From positions 4,544,001 through 4,608,000 of the forward strand of contig OY762209.1 in assembly GCA_963665295.1 (NCBI GenBank): 64,000 bases of DNA. Direction: 5' to 3'. The DNA is from Syntrophorhabdaceae bacterium. GTDB taxonomy: Bacteria > Desulfobacterota > Syntrophorhabdia > Syntrophorhabdales > Syntrophorhabdaceae. The position numbers and the translations under genes are program-made. Numbering within the stretch: the stretch's first letter is position 1; every line of letters begins with the position of its first letter. This document shows positions 1 through 9,393 of the stretch, in pieces. The notes under the pieces were generated by a model. It had not been told where the DNA came from. It worked only from the letters and a program-made list of their open reading frames with translations, and did no database searches.

Positions 1-24
1 TTCAACGTAGGCTACGCGTTTTAA
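1..24 (+). CDS. Probable 3' end of a gene entering the window (…FNVGYAF*), resembling an outer-membrane beta-barrel C-terminus
   Basis: ttc aac gta ggc tac gcg ttt taa reads FNVGYAF-stop; terminal Y-x-F is typical of the beta-signal. Only 7 codons are visible. Confidence 0.35.
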   Translation, partial: FNVGYAF

Positions 25-25
25 C

Positions 26-1946
26 CCGAAGTTCCCCCTGTGAAATCCCCCCAATATCACTCTATCCCGTTGAAATGACGGGAATAGGGTGATAATCATA
101 TCTTCTACTTGTTGCCATGTAATAGTGCATTATGTACTTGACATGTAGGTAAGCTATTTGCTATATATGTTCCATGTACATCGAAAGCATCCCCAACCGC
201 AACTCCCGGCCCGCCATCCTCTTGAGGGAGGCATGGAGGGAAGGCAAAAAGATAAAGAAGAAGACAGTCGCAAACCTCACTGATTGGCCGGAAGAGAAGA
301 TCGAGCTCTTGAGGCGTGTATTGAAAGGGGAGTCTCTCGTCTCTCCGAAGGAAGCCTTTAAGGTTGAGCAGTCTCTCCCCCACGGCCATGTGGAGGCCAT
401 ACTCGGGACAATAAAGAAGCTTGGCCTTGATACGGTCATTGCCTCGAAGCCTGGAAGGGAGAGAGACCTCGTAATCGCCATGATCGTGGAACGCCTCATC
501 CACCCCTCATCGAAATTAGCAACTACGAGGCTCTGGCATACTACTTCGGTGGCGGAGGAACTCTCGGTTGCAGATGCCGATGAGGACGAACTCTATGATG
601 CCCTGGACTGGCTTTTGGCAAGACAGGAGCGGATCGAGAAGAAGCTGGCGAATAAGCACCTTACCGAGGGCTCGCTCGTGCTCTACGATGTGACGAGCAG
701 TTACTACGAGGGCCACACCTGTCCCCTTGCGCAGTTCGGCCATGACCGGGATGAAAAGGGAAAGAGGATCATCGTCTATGGAGTACTCACCGATCACGAA
801 GGCCGACCTGTTGCAGTTACCGTCTATCCGGGGAATACGGGCGATCCCTCTACCATTCCCGACCAGACGGCAAAGCTCAAAGAAAGATTCGGTCTCGATC
901 ACCTCGTCCTCGTGGGCGACAGGGGCATGCTTACGGAGACACAGATTACAAAGATAAAGGAGATGCCCGGCATAGGGTGGATATCGGCCCTCAGGTCTTC
1001 CGCCATACGCGAGCTTGTGGGACAGGGGAGCATCCAGATGTCCCTCTTCGATACCCAGGACTTTGCGGAAATCACCTCTCCCGAGTATCCGGGGGAAAGG
1101 CTCATCGCTTGCTTCAACCCCCTTCTTGCCGAAGAGAGAAAGAGGAAAAGAAACGCGCTCCTCGATGTGACGGAAAAGAAGTTGTCCTCCATTGTACGGG
1201 CGGTCGGGAGAAGGACAAGGACGCCTCTTTCCGCAGCGGAGATAGGGAAGAAAGTCGGCGCGGTAGTCAACGATCACAAGATGGCGAAGCACTTTATCCT
1301 TACCATCGGAGACGGGTCCTTCTCATTCGCCCGGAACGAGGAGTCAATCACCGAAGAAGAAGCCCTCGACGGGATCTATGTGATCCGTACGAGTGAACCA
1401 GCCCTTCCTCCCGCCGATGTGGTACGGAACTACAAGAACCTTGCCCGGGTAGAGCGGGCCTTCAGGACCTTGAAGGGCATCGATCTTCTCGTCCGTCCCA
1501 TTCACCACCGTACCGAGGATCACGTGCGAGCCCACATCTTTCTCTGCACCCTCGCCTATTACGTAGAGTGGCATATGAGGGAGGCCCTTACGCCGCTGCT
1601 CTTCGACGATGAGGAGCTTCCCCTCTCACGAACGACGAGAGACCCGGTAAAGCCCGCGGAGTCATCTTCTTCCGCAAAGAAAAAGAAGACCACCAAGCTC
1701 ACCCCTGACGGCCTTCCCGTCCAGAGCTTCCGTACCCTCCTTGCCGCACTGGGGACCCGATGCAAAAACCGGTGCAGGATGGTTTTGGACTCCATGGCCC
1801 CGGCCTTCACCCTTCTTACTGATCCGACACCTCTCCAGGCCCGCGCCCTTGCCCTCCTCGGACTGTAGCCAGTAACGGGAAATCAATTTCTGCCATAATC
1901 ATTGGAATATCAAGGTGATGGGTTAATATTGGGCGGGGAACTTCAG
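26..1946 (+). mobile_element. IS1634-family insertion sequence, complete
   Basis: IRL CCGAAGTTCCCC (26-37) vs reverse complement of IRR CTGAAGTTCCCC (1935-1946), 11/12 match; 6-bp direct repeat TTTAAC at 20-25 and 1947-1952. Confidence 0.93.
174..1868 (+). CDS. IS1634-family DDE transposase
   Basis: 564 aa; N-terminal LLREAWREGKKIKKKTVANLT, LYDVTSSYYEG, VGDRGM, YKNLARVERAFRTLK motifs. Confidence 0.95.
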   Translation: MYIESIPNRNSRPAILLREAWREGKKIKKKTVANLTDWPEEKIELLRRVLKGESLVSPKEAFKVEQSLPHGHVEAILGTIKKLGLDTVIASKPGRERDLVIAMIVERLIHPSSKLATTRLWHTTSVAEELSVADADEDELYDALDWLLARQERIEKKLANKHLTEGSLVLYDVTSSYYEGHTCPLAQFGHDRDEKGKRIIVYGVLTDHEGRPVAVTVYPGNTGDPSTIPDQTAKLKERFGLDHLVLVGDRGMLTETQITKIKEMPGIGWISALRSSAIRELVGQGSIQMSLFDTQDFAEITSPEYPGERLIACFNPLLAEERKRKRNALLDVTEKKLSSIVRAVGRRTRTPLSAAEIGKKVGAVVNDHKMAKHFILTIGDGSFSFARNEESITEEEALDGIYVIRTSEPALPPADVVRNYKNLARVERAFRTLKGIDLLVRPIHHRTEDHVRAHIFLCTLAYYVEWHMREALTPLLFDDEELPLSRTTRDPVKPAESSSSAKKKKTTKLTPDGLPVQSFRTLLAALGTRCKNRCRMVLDSMAPAFTLLTDPTPLQARALALLGL

Positions 1947-1968
1947 TTTAACAGGCAGTCCACACGAT

Positions 1969-1999
1969 AAAAAAGTGGAGCGGGTCAAACCCGCTCCAC
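1969..1999 (-). terminator. Intrinsic terminator of the hbd-crt-thiolase-DUF35 operon
   Basis: 11-bp stem GTGGAGCGGGT/ACCCGCTCCAC preceded on + by an A6 tract (U-tract on the minus strand). Confidence 0.8.
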
Positions 2000-2028
2000 C
2001 GGATGTTCGCGTATCTGTTGAGTCTCGC

Positions 2029-2526
2029 CTACTTTACAGGTTCGAAGGCAAAGAATACTCTTTCAGACATGATCGTACCTGCTCTTCCCTTCTCGATCGG
2101 GAATGCGGGAACCTCAAATACTGCGAGCTTTACTTCCGAGCCCTGTTTCAGGAAACCAACTTCGCAGTTGATGATCCTGGTAAGCAGTCTTCTCACCGGG
2201 TCTACGCCCAGGTCGACTACTGCGTGGATAAGAGGAGACTGGAATCCCAGGGGGACTCCCTTTACCTCTTCGGAGAAAACGACTACCTTACCCACTGTGG
2301 GAAGGTCTACGTACTCCAGTTCTTCGGAGTAGCACTCCGGGCAGATCACCCCTCTGGGGGGATACGCCACGTGGCCGCACTTTTTGCACTTCGTTGTGGT
2401 AAATCTGCCCTGTCTCAGGTTCTCATAGAACGGATATACCTTGTTGAACTCTTTTGCCTCTATGGGCCACATATCCATTGTTACGGGATATAGGTCTTCA
2501 AGTATTGGGATTCCTAATACAGACAT
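2029..2526 (-). CDS. Zn-ribbon/OB-fold (DUF35) acyl-CoA-binding protein
   Basis: CKKC…CPEC zinc ribbon followed by an OB-fold-like region; directly downstream of a thiolase. Confidence 0.9.
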   Translation of the reverse strand: MSVLGIPILEDLYPVTMDMWPIEAKEFNKVYPFYENLRQGRFTTTKCKKCGHVAYPPRGVICPECYSEELEYVDLPTVGKVVVFSEEVKGVPLGFQSPLIHAVVDLGVDPVRRLLTRIINCEVGFLKQGSEVKLAVFEVPAFPIEKGRAGTIMSERVFFAFEPVK

Positions 2527-2536
2527 GTTATCCTCC

Positions 2537-3724
2537 TTATTTTACTGGCGTTTTACCATAGATTACGATGGTATGTTCCGCATTCGCTCCGCTCAGGTTA
2601 TGAGTAAGCCCGATGTCGGCATCCTTAACCTGGTGACGTGCCCTGCCCTGAAGCTGTCTCATGATTTCAACGCCCTGCCTGATGCCTGTTGCACCGAAAG
2701 GATGACCGACAGCGAGGAGTCCACCGTCAGTATTTACAGGAACCTTTCCGCCGATTTCTATCTGCTTGGAGCTGCAGAACGCTCCGCCCTCACCCTTGGC
2801 ACAGAAGCCGAGCTCTTCCACTTCGATAACTTCGGAAATGGTGAAGCAGTCATGGGTCTGGGCAACTTTAACGTCGTTAGGCGTTACTTTCGCTCTTGCA
2901 TATGCCTTCTCCGCTGCCATTCTGGTGTGTTTCCAGTCACCATAGTGGGCGCCAGGGAAGTTGGCCGATACGCTGCCCAAACAAACCTGCGCAGTACCTC
3001 TGAGATAAACCAGAGGTCTCTCGGGGACGAGCCGTTTCGCGATCTCTTCCGTGGTGATGATACATGCCGCGGCGCCATCCGTGATCGGGCAGCAATCATA
3101 AAGTGTAAGGGGCGGCACAACGATAGGTGCGCCCATCGCTTCTTCAAGAGTGAGAGGCTTGTTCATCTGGGCTACGGGGTTCGTGGCAGCGTAGTTGTAG
3201 TTTGCCACTGAAACCGCAGCGAGATCCTCTTTCTTGGTGCCATAGTGCATCATGTGCTCCTGAGCCGTCAATGCGAAAAATGGTGGCGGGAGACCCATAC
3301 CGTGGACGCCGTCCCAATCGTGATCGACTGATGCGAGTTCGCTGTAGAAAACTTCCCATTTCTGGGGAGTATACAGCTTCTCACCGCCGGTCACCATCAC
3401 GATGTCCGCGTTTCCCGACTCAACGAGGCCTTTTGCCAGCACGATACCCGTGCTGCCGCCGGCGCACAATACGTCGATTCTTACGCAGATTGAGGTGGGT
3501 TTCAGACCGCATCTCTCTGCGATAACCGGAGCCGTGTTTACCTGGAAGGAACATCTTCCTGCATACGAAGAAGCAACAATGAGGCCGTCGATGTCTTTCG
3601 GCTTAAGGGCCGGAATCTCATCCATACAGGCCTTAGCTGCTTCCTGGAACAGGTCGACTATGTGGGCCTCACGTACGCCCCACTTACTCTGACCGCCTGC
3701 AACTATGCATGCATTTCTTGCCAT
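2537..3724 (-). CDS. Thiolase, SCP2/archaeal type (acetyl-CoA acyltransferase)
   Basis: N-terminal catalytic Cys region VLCAGGS; HDCF and GHPFGATG motifs. Confidence 0.9.
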   Translation of the reverse strand: MARNACIVAGGQSKWGVREAHIVDLFQEAAKACMDEIPALKPKDIDGLIVASSYAGRCSFQVNTAPVIAERCGLKPTSICVRIDVLCAGGSTGIVLAKGLVESGNADIVMVTGGEKLYTPQKWEVFYSELASVDHDWDGVHGMGLPPPFFALTAQEHMMHYGTKKEDLAAVSVANYNYAATNPVAQMNKPLTLEEAMGAPIVVPPLTLYDCCPITDGAAACIITTEEIAKRLVPERPLVYLRGTAQVCLGSVSANFPGAHYGDWKHTRMAAEKAYARAKVTPNDVKVAQTHDCFTISEVIEVEELGFCAKGEGGAFCSSKQIEIGGKVPVNTDGGLLAVGHPFGATGIRQGVEIMRQLQGRARHQVKDADIGLTHNLSGANAEHTIVIYGKTPVK

Positions 3725-3754
3725 ACAATCCTCCTTAACATTAGTTAAATCACT

Positions 3755-4537
3755 TTATTTGCCTTTGTAGACAGGCTTTCTTTTCTCCGAAAAAGCATTC
3801 ACCCCTTCTCTGCCGTCCTCCGAAGTGAAGGCTATGGCAAAACAGTCCATCTCCAACGTCAAGCCGGAACTGAGATCCATATTAAGCCCGTTATCCACGC
3901 ACTTCTTTATCAGTGCCATGCCCACTTTCGGTTTGGCTGCCAGTTTCTTGGCGAATGCCTTTGCTTCTTCCATCAGTTTATCCTTGGGGACTACCTTGTT
4001 CACGAGACCGACGCGGTAGGCTTCCTGGGCGTTTATGTTGTCGCCCGTAAGGAGCATCTCTTTCGCTTTCGCGACTCCGATAAGTCTCGGAAGTCTCTGG
4101 GTTGCGCCCGAACCCGGCATGATACCGAGATTGATCTCCGGCAAGCCGAAGATTGCGTCTTCGGAGGCAATTCTAAAATCACAACAGATTGCCACCTCGC
4201 ATCCGCCCCCAAGGGCAAGTCCGAAAACAGCCGCCACTGTCGGTTTCTCCACACCCGTCAGTTTGTCGAAGGTTTTTCGCGGACCTGTCCAAAGAAAACC
4301 GAGGGTTTCCACCGCCGACTTACCCATTACGTCCTTCACGTCGAGTCCTGCGGCGAAGGCTTTGTCTCCTCCGCCCGTTATGATGATGGCGCCAACCTCT
4401 GCGTCACTGTCAAGTTCACTTACCGCCTCGTAGAGTTCCAGGTAGGATTTGACGCTCAGAGGGTTGACCGGGGGTCTGTTCAGTTTGATAATCCCCAGGT
4501 TGTTTTCTCTCTCAACTATTAAAGTCTCATAGCCCAT
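3755..4537 (-). CDS. crt: Enoyl-CoA hydratase (crotonase)
   Basis: AFAAGLD, ALGGGCE, FGLPEINLGIMPG crotonase motifs; in operon with hbd. Confidence 0.88.
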   Translation of the reverse strand: MGYETLIVERENNLGIIKLNRPPVNPLSVKSYLELYEAVSELDSDAEVGAIIITGGGDKAFAAGLDVKDVMGKSAVETLGFLWTGPRKTFDKLTGVEKPTVAAVFGLALGGGCEVAICCDFRIASEDAIFGLPEINLGIMPGSGATQRLPRLIGVAKAKEMLLTGDNINAQEAYRVGLVNKVVPKDKLMEEAKAFAKKLAAKPKVGMALIKKCVDNGLNMDLSSGLTLEMDCFAIAFTSEDGREGVNAFSEKRKPVYKGK

Positions 4538-4560
4538 GTATGCCTCCTGCCCGTCAACTC

Positions 4561-5421
4561 TTACTTGGAGTAATCGTACCAGCCCTTACCCGTTTTTCTA
4601 CCAAGGAGACCTGCTCTTACCATGTTCTTGATGGCAAGTGGGGGATCCCATTTGTTCTCTTTCGGCAGTTCCTTGTAGAAGTAGTCCATAACGTGATAGT
4701 TGATGTCGATGCCGGTGAGGTCCATAAGCTCGAAGGGACCCATCGGGTAGTTAAGTCCGAGTTTGGCCGCTTTGTCGATGTCCTCTTTTGAAGCGATGCC
4801 CTGCTCAAACAACTTGATGGCTTCGATTGCGTTTGCGATCATAAGTCTGTTGGCAAGAAAACCCGGGACGTCAACTCTGACTTCGACAGGCTCTTTGCCC
4901 AGTTTCTTCGCGAGGTCCAAGGTTACTGCCGCTGTCTCGTCACTGGTGCTGACCCCTCTGATAACCTCAACAAGCTTCATGAGTGGAACGGGGTTGAAGA
5001 AGTGCATACCCACGACCTTGTCCGGTCTCTTGGTGGCAGCCGCGATCTCGGTGATCGACATGGAGGAGGTATTAGAGGAAAGAATGACCTCAGGTTTCAC
5101 GATCCCGTCGAGCTCTGCAAAAACCTTCTTCTTCACATCCATGACTTCGATAATGACTTCAACGATAAAATCGGCATCCTTCATCGCTCCGATGTCGGTG
5201 GTGCCTACGATCTTGCCCATGATGCCGTTCTTCTGGTCGGCGCTCATCTTGCCCTTCTCCACCGACTTGGAGAGGAACTTATCGATATTCTTGATGCCGC
5301 CCTGTACGAACCTGTCTTCGATATCTCTCATGATGACGTTATACCCGGCCTGAGCTGCGACCTGGGCAATTCCGTTCCCCATCACACCCGCACCCAATAC
5401 TCCGATAGTTTTAATCTCCAT
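4561..5421 (-). CDS. hbd: 3-hydroxybutyryl-CoA / 3-hydroxyacyl-CoA dehydrogenase
   Basis: GAGVMGNGIA NAD-binding motif, SNTSS, GMHFFNP, YPMGPFEL. Confidence 0.92.
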   Translation of the reverse strand: MEIKTIGVLGAGVMGNGIAQVAAQAGYNVIMRDIEDRFVQGGIKNIDKFLSKSVEKGKMSADQKNGIMGKIVGTTDIGAMKDADFIVEVIIEVMDVKKKVFAELDGIVKPEVILSSNTSSMSITEIAAATKRPDKVVGMHFFNPVPLMKLVEVIRGVSTSDETAAVTLDLAKKLGKEPVEVRVDVPGFLANRLMIANAIEAIKLFEQGIASKEDIDKAAKLGLNYPMGPFELMDLTGIDINYHVMDYFYKELPKENKWDPPLAIKNMVRAGLLGRKTGKGWYDYSK

Positions 5422-5537
5422 CTAAGCCCTCCCGATTAATGTATTTTTTTTGCAGTCAAAAAAAATTCGTATGCACACAAAAAACTATGAGCGTTTATTT
5501 TATACAACAGGCCCCACGGAATAATCAAGCACATTTA

Positions 5538-6503
5538 CTACAATAATTGGTCAATTTCACTGCTGTTTGCGGTAGGTTGCGCCTGTGCCGACCCTCTTGC
5601 CCGCCTCCCCGCCAGGTGGGCAACTCTGACTTTCAGGTTGAGGAGATATGCCTGTTCCGCCTGTTTGATACCCGGGTTCGTGTCGTACTCTTTTGCTTTC
5701 ATAATCGCCGCCACGCGATCAACCGACCCGTCTTCTCCGTCAAGCAGCTCCTCAACCTCGGATTTGAAGCGGAGAGCCGCCTCGGCGGAACGCTCAAAAA
5801 ACTCCTTCACCTGGTCTCCCAGGAATACGAAGTGGTGCCCCTGGCAAAATATCCTGACATCAAGGGCCGCAAGTCGATTCATGGACGCCATGTAATCATC
5901 GAAGTCGACAAGGAACTCGGTGCCGATCCGGCCGTTTTGCCAAAGAACACCCGCCGCCTCGGTTGCCACGAGAATCTTTTCTTCGGGGATATAGTAACTC
6001 AGGAGGTCTGAAGTGTGACCCGGACTCGAAAAGACCCGGATCGCCGACTCTTCCCCCGGGAACAGCGTCTGCCCGTCCTCGAGGACCGATTCCACTTCGA
6101 AGGGCTCAAAGGCTTCCTTTATTAAAAGGTTATGGTCGATGCCGTCAATAGCCTCGACAAGGGGGATAACCTCGCCGCTCAGTCTTTCCATCAATTTCAC
6201 TGCGTTCGGCCGCTTCATGATGGCGGCCGCCTTTCGTGACGCAGCAATCTTCATACCGGGAAAAATCCGTTTGAGGTGCGCCGAGGCTCCACAGTGGTCC
6301 CAGTGAACATGGCTGAGAAAGAGCATTTCCGGCTGCCGGGAACCCAGCACCCCCTTTATGTCCCTCTCGTAGAACTTCCCCATGCAATGGAAACCTGCTT
6401 CAAAGAGGACGGGTCTCTCACCGGCAAAAAGATAGGAAGGAGACCATGGCAGGCCCGTCACATAAAGCCTGTCGCTTACGGGACCTGTTTTCCTGAAAAT
6501 CAA
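5538..6503 (-). CDS. Metallo-beta-lactamase-fold hydrolase
   Basis: SHVHWDH (HxHxDH), SPGHT and GH motifs. Confidence 0.85.
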   Translation of the reverse strand: MIFRKTGPVSDRLYVTGLPWSPSYLFAGERPVLFEAGFHCMGKFYERDIKGVLGSRQPEMLFLSHVHWDHCGASAHLKRIFPGMKIAASRKAAAIMKRPNAVKLMERLSGEVIPLVEAIDGIDHNLLIKEAFEPFEVESVLEDGQTLFPGEESAIRVFSSPGHTSDLLSYYIPEEKILVATEAAGVLWQNGRIGTEFLVDFDDYMASMNRLAALDVRIFCQGHHFVFLGDQVKEFFERSAEAALRFKSEVEELLDGEDGSVDRVAAIMKAKEYDTNPGIKQAEQAYLLNLKVRVAHLAGRRARGSAQAQPTANSSEIDQLL

Positions 6504-6811
6504 TCTTCACTCCTTTGGAACCAGATCTGTCTTTTCAGATAGGAGACGACTCACGGGTTGTCATAATTGTATACTTATCCATGACATTATATCCGACACT
6601 GCGCGAGCCCTCAAGATAAAACTGCAACCCCCGCGCCCTGTGCCATCGGAAGGTCTGGTACAACATGGTTCATCCCCTATATAATAAAGGAGAAAACAGC
6701 CTTTCCGCGGGCAGGCGACACCCGTCTTTCGCTCCATGGATATACGTGAACACCCGTACTGTATCCAGTCGCAATTTCCCGCCCCCTGATTTTCGGACCG
6801 CTAAAAATAAC

Positions 6812-6840
6812 TTGACATGAAAAATATGCTTTGCTAAGAT
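6812..6840 (+). promoter_or_regulatory. Sigma70-type promoter of the acyl-CoA dehydrogenase operon
   Basis: TTGACA (6812-6817), 17 bp, TAAGAT (6835-6840) with extended TG. Confidence 0.7.
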
Positions 6841-6890
6841 ACTTTGTTAATAGTTTCACATTCTTATTAAATTAAAGGGGAGGAATACTT

Positions 6891-8051
6891 ATGAATTTCA
6901 AGTGGTCCGACGAATTGGAATCAATGCGCAAAATGGCGTATGATTTTGCAGTAAAGAATGTCAAACCCACGATGGAGGAGGATGAGAAAGAGCACAAATT
7001 TCGTCCGGAAATAATGAAAAAAATGGGCGACCAGGGCATGTTTGCATGTCTTGCCCCGGAACAGTACGGCGGACTAGGACTGGAAGAGGGCCACATGGCC
7101 GCTACCCTGATGGCGACTGAATTTGCAAGAGTCAGCCCGTCCTGGGGCCTCCCCTTCAACCTTCAGATGAACGGACCGCAGAATGTTCTCCTTAAGTTCG
7201 CAAGCGACGAGTTGAAAGAAAAATTTCTGCCCGGCCTCATCGCAGGAACCGATCAGGGTTGTTTCGCCATCACCGAGCCGAACTCCGGTTCCGACGTGGC
7301 GAGCATGAAGACCACGGCGACGGAAGTTGACGACGGCTACATCCTCAACGGCACCAAGACATGGATATCGGGCGTCCCCTTTGTCAGCGCAGGCGTAGTG
7401 TATGCCATGACGGACAAGGCAGCCAAGCACAAAGGCATGTCCGCTTTCTTCGTCGATTTCAAGAACACCCCGGGGATCACCCAGAGAGCCATCACCACAA
7501 AACTCGGTCTCCACTGCTCACCTACCGGCGAGATTTTCTTCGAGGAAGCAAAGATTCCCAAAAGCGCACTCGTAGGCAAGCTCGGCCAGGGCTTCCAGAT
7601 CTGTATGACCATGCTCAACTTCACAAGGTTAAGCTCAGCGGCGAGAGCCATAGGCGTTTCGACGGCATGTATCGAAGAAGCTTGCAAGTATGCAAATGAG
7701 AGAGAGCAGTTCGGCCAGCCCATCAGCCAGTTCCAGATGATCCAGGAGCAGATCGGCAGAATGTCCGTAGAGCACGATGCAGCAAAACTCCTCGTCTGGA
7801 GAGCTGCATGGCAGAAAGACCAGGGTCTCAACAACACCCTTGAAACCTCTATGGCCAAGTACTACGCCGCGGAGTCCGCGAACTTCTGCGCTAATGAAGC
7901 AGTCAAGATCTTCGGCTCCTACGGCTTCTCTTCCGAGTACCCCGTAGAAAGGTACCTGAGAGACGCGAAATCCTATCAGATTGTTGAAGGTACCTCGAAC
8001 GTTCAGAAAATGATTATCGCCCAGTTCGCTCTGGGTTTCAGAAAAGCGTAA
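6891..8051 (+). CDS. Acyl-CoA dehydrogenase, likely non-decarboxylating glutaryl-CoA dehydrogenase
   Basis: FAITEPNSGSD, RxQFG, C-terminal IVEGTSN with Val before the catalytic Glu; followed by a biotin carrier gene. Confidence 0.8.
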   Translation: MNFKWSDELESMRKMAYDFAVKNVKPTMEEDEKEHKFRPEIMKKMGDQGMFACLAPEQYGGLGLEEGHMAATLMATEFARVSPSWGLPFNLQMNGPQNVLLKFASDELKEKFLPGLIAGTDQGCFAITEPNSGSDVASMKTTATEVDDGYILNGTKTWISGVPFVSAGVVYAMTDKAAKHKGMSAFFVDFKNTPGITQRAITTKLGLHCSPTGEIFFEEAKIPKSALVGKLGQGFQICMTMLNFTRLSSAARAIGVSTACIEEACKYANEREQFGQPISQFQMIQEQIGRMSVEHDAAKLLVWRAAWQKDQGLNNTLETSMAKYYAAESANFCANEAVKIFGSYGFSSEYPVERYLRDAKSYQIVEGTSNVQKMIIAQFALGFRKA

Positions 8052-8078
8052 GAAAGCAAATATTCTAAGGAGGCTCAT

Positions 8079-8294
8079 ATGGCTACAGAAGTTACGGTTC
8101 CAATGGTAGGGAAGATAATAAACGTGCTTGTAAAGGTCGGCGACAAGGTAGCAGAGGATGATGCAATTGCTACCCTCGAAGCAATGAAGATGGAGATGCC
8201 CGTAGTGGCGCCTTCCGCAGGAGTAGTAAAGGAGATACTTGTGTCGGCCGGTAAAGAAGTTGAGGCGGATACGGTTATCGCTATCCTCGAGTAA
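8079..8294 (+). CDS. Stand-alone biotin carboxyl carrier protein (glutaconyl-CoA decarboxylase gamma-like)
   Basis: 71 aa, LEAMKME biotinylation motif; RBS aggagg. Confidence 0.9.
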   Translation: MATEVTVPMVGKIINVLVKVGDKVAEDDAIATLEAMKMEMPVVAPSAGVVKEILVSAGKEVEADTVIAILE

Positions 8295-8306
8295 AGGAAG
8301 TGCCAC

Positions 8307-9086
8307 GTGCTGGTTGCAGGCATTGATATAGGCTCCATTACAACGGAAGCCCTTCTGTTTGACGACAAGAAGGGAATTGTCGGGTACAAGATACTTCAGA
8401 CGGGAGCAGATTCCAGAAAAGCGGCTGAAAGTGCCCTCGAGAGAGTCCTCGTTGATCCCGGAAAATCCATGTCCGATCTGGCGTACATAGTGTCGACCGG
8501 ATGTGGAAGGAAAAGGGCGTCTTTTGCCCAACAGGCAATCACCGAAATCACATGCATTGCAAAAGGCGTCAATTTTCTGTACCCCGATGCGAGAACCATC
8601 ATCGACATCGGAGGACAGGATACCAAAGTGATACGGGTCGATGGAAACGGTCATGTGGTAGAGTTCGAAATGAATGACAAGTGCGCTGCAGGAACGGGAA
8701 GGTTCATCGAGGTAATGGCAAAGGCGCTTGATGTAGACTTGGACAAGGTGGGTGAGATTTCCCTCGGCCACAAAAAAGAGTTGACCATCAGCAGCATCTG
8801 CACCGTCTTTGCCGAGTCGGAGGTCATTTCCCTCGTGAGTGAAGGCGAGGAGCTCGAGGATATTCTTTATGGGATCCATCGCGCTATCGCCGACAGGACC
8901 ATGGGTTTGATCACCCGCACCGGCGGCGTCGAAAAGGAAGTGGTAATGGCCGGCGGTGTGGCGAAGAATTCAGGAGTCGTTAAAGCCCTGGAAACAGTTC
9001 TCGGCACACCTCTCAGGATATATGTGGAGCCGCAGATAGTCGGCGCCCTCGGGGCTGCCGTGCTTGCCCTTGAAAAGACCGTATAA
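8307..9086 (+). CDS. ATP-dependent acyl-CoA dehydratase activase (HgdC/BcrAD-like ASKHA family)
   Basis: GIDIGS, EITC, DIGGQDTK, MNDKCAAGTG, CTVFAESE motifs. Confidence 0.92.
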   Translation: MLVAGIDIGSITTEALLFDDKKGIVGYKILQTGADSRKAAESALERVLVDPGKSMSDLAYIVSTGCGRKRASFAQQAITEITCIAKGVNFLYPDARTIIDIGGQDTKVIRVDGNGHVVEFEMNDKCAAGTGRFIEVMAKALDVDLDKVGEISLGHKKELTISSICTVFAESEVISLVSEGEELEDILYGIHRAIADRTMGLITRTGGVEKEVVMAGGVAKNSGVVKALETVLGTPLRIYVEPQIVGALGAAVLALEKTV

Positions 9087-9108
9087 CGAAACGTTTACCT
9101 AGTTTGCT

Positions 9109-9142
9109 AAGGGCCAGGGGAATCCTGGCCCTTTTCTTTTTT
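9109..9142 (+). terminator. Intrinsic terminator
   Basis: AAGGGCCAGG/CCTGGCCCTT stem followed by a T-rich tract. Confidence 0.85.
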
Positions 9143-9320
9143 CCGCCCCTGAAGGGCGCCCGCGCCGCCCGGCCCCGGCAGGTCACGCCCCTTTCTCTGT
9201 CTCTTCGATATCATGACCATTGTCCCGTAGTGCTCCCGTACCGGCCTTCCAAGGCTGCTTGATTTTCCGTGAGCAGGCGGGTCCGTGAGCCGGTTATTAT
9301 TACCGTCACGCCATGATCCG

Positions 9321-9349
9321 TTGACAACGGGGTCCTATAACTGTATCAT
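9321..9349 (+). promoter_or_regulatory. Sigma70-type promoter of the TerC gene
   Basis: TTGACA, 17 bp, TATCAT. Confidence 0.65.
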
Positions 9350-9393
9350 ATTACGAACAGATTGCTTCACCAGCCAACACACCGGAGGTAGTT

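Noticed and set aside
6559..6586. TGTCAT-N16-ATGACA inverted repeat with internal GTATAC as an operator
   Set aside because: Single short occurrence with no adjacent regulator; cannot be told from chance.
7635..8879. 414-aa minus-strand ORF and similar long antisense ORFs (12308-13300, 25012-26085, 38757-39821)
   Set aside because: Shadows of well-supported genes on the opposite strand.
9143..9393. yybP-ykoY riboswitch before the TerC gene
   Set aside because: No GGGGAGUAGC or CAAGACC segments, and the promoter leaves only a ~40-nt leader.
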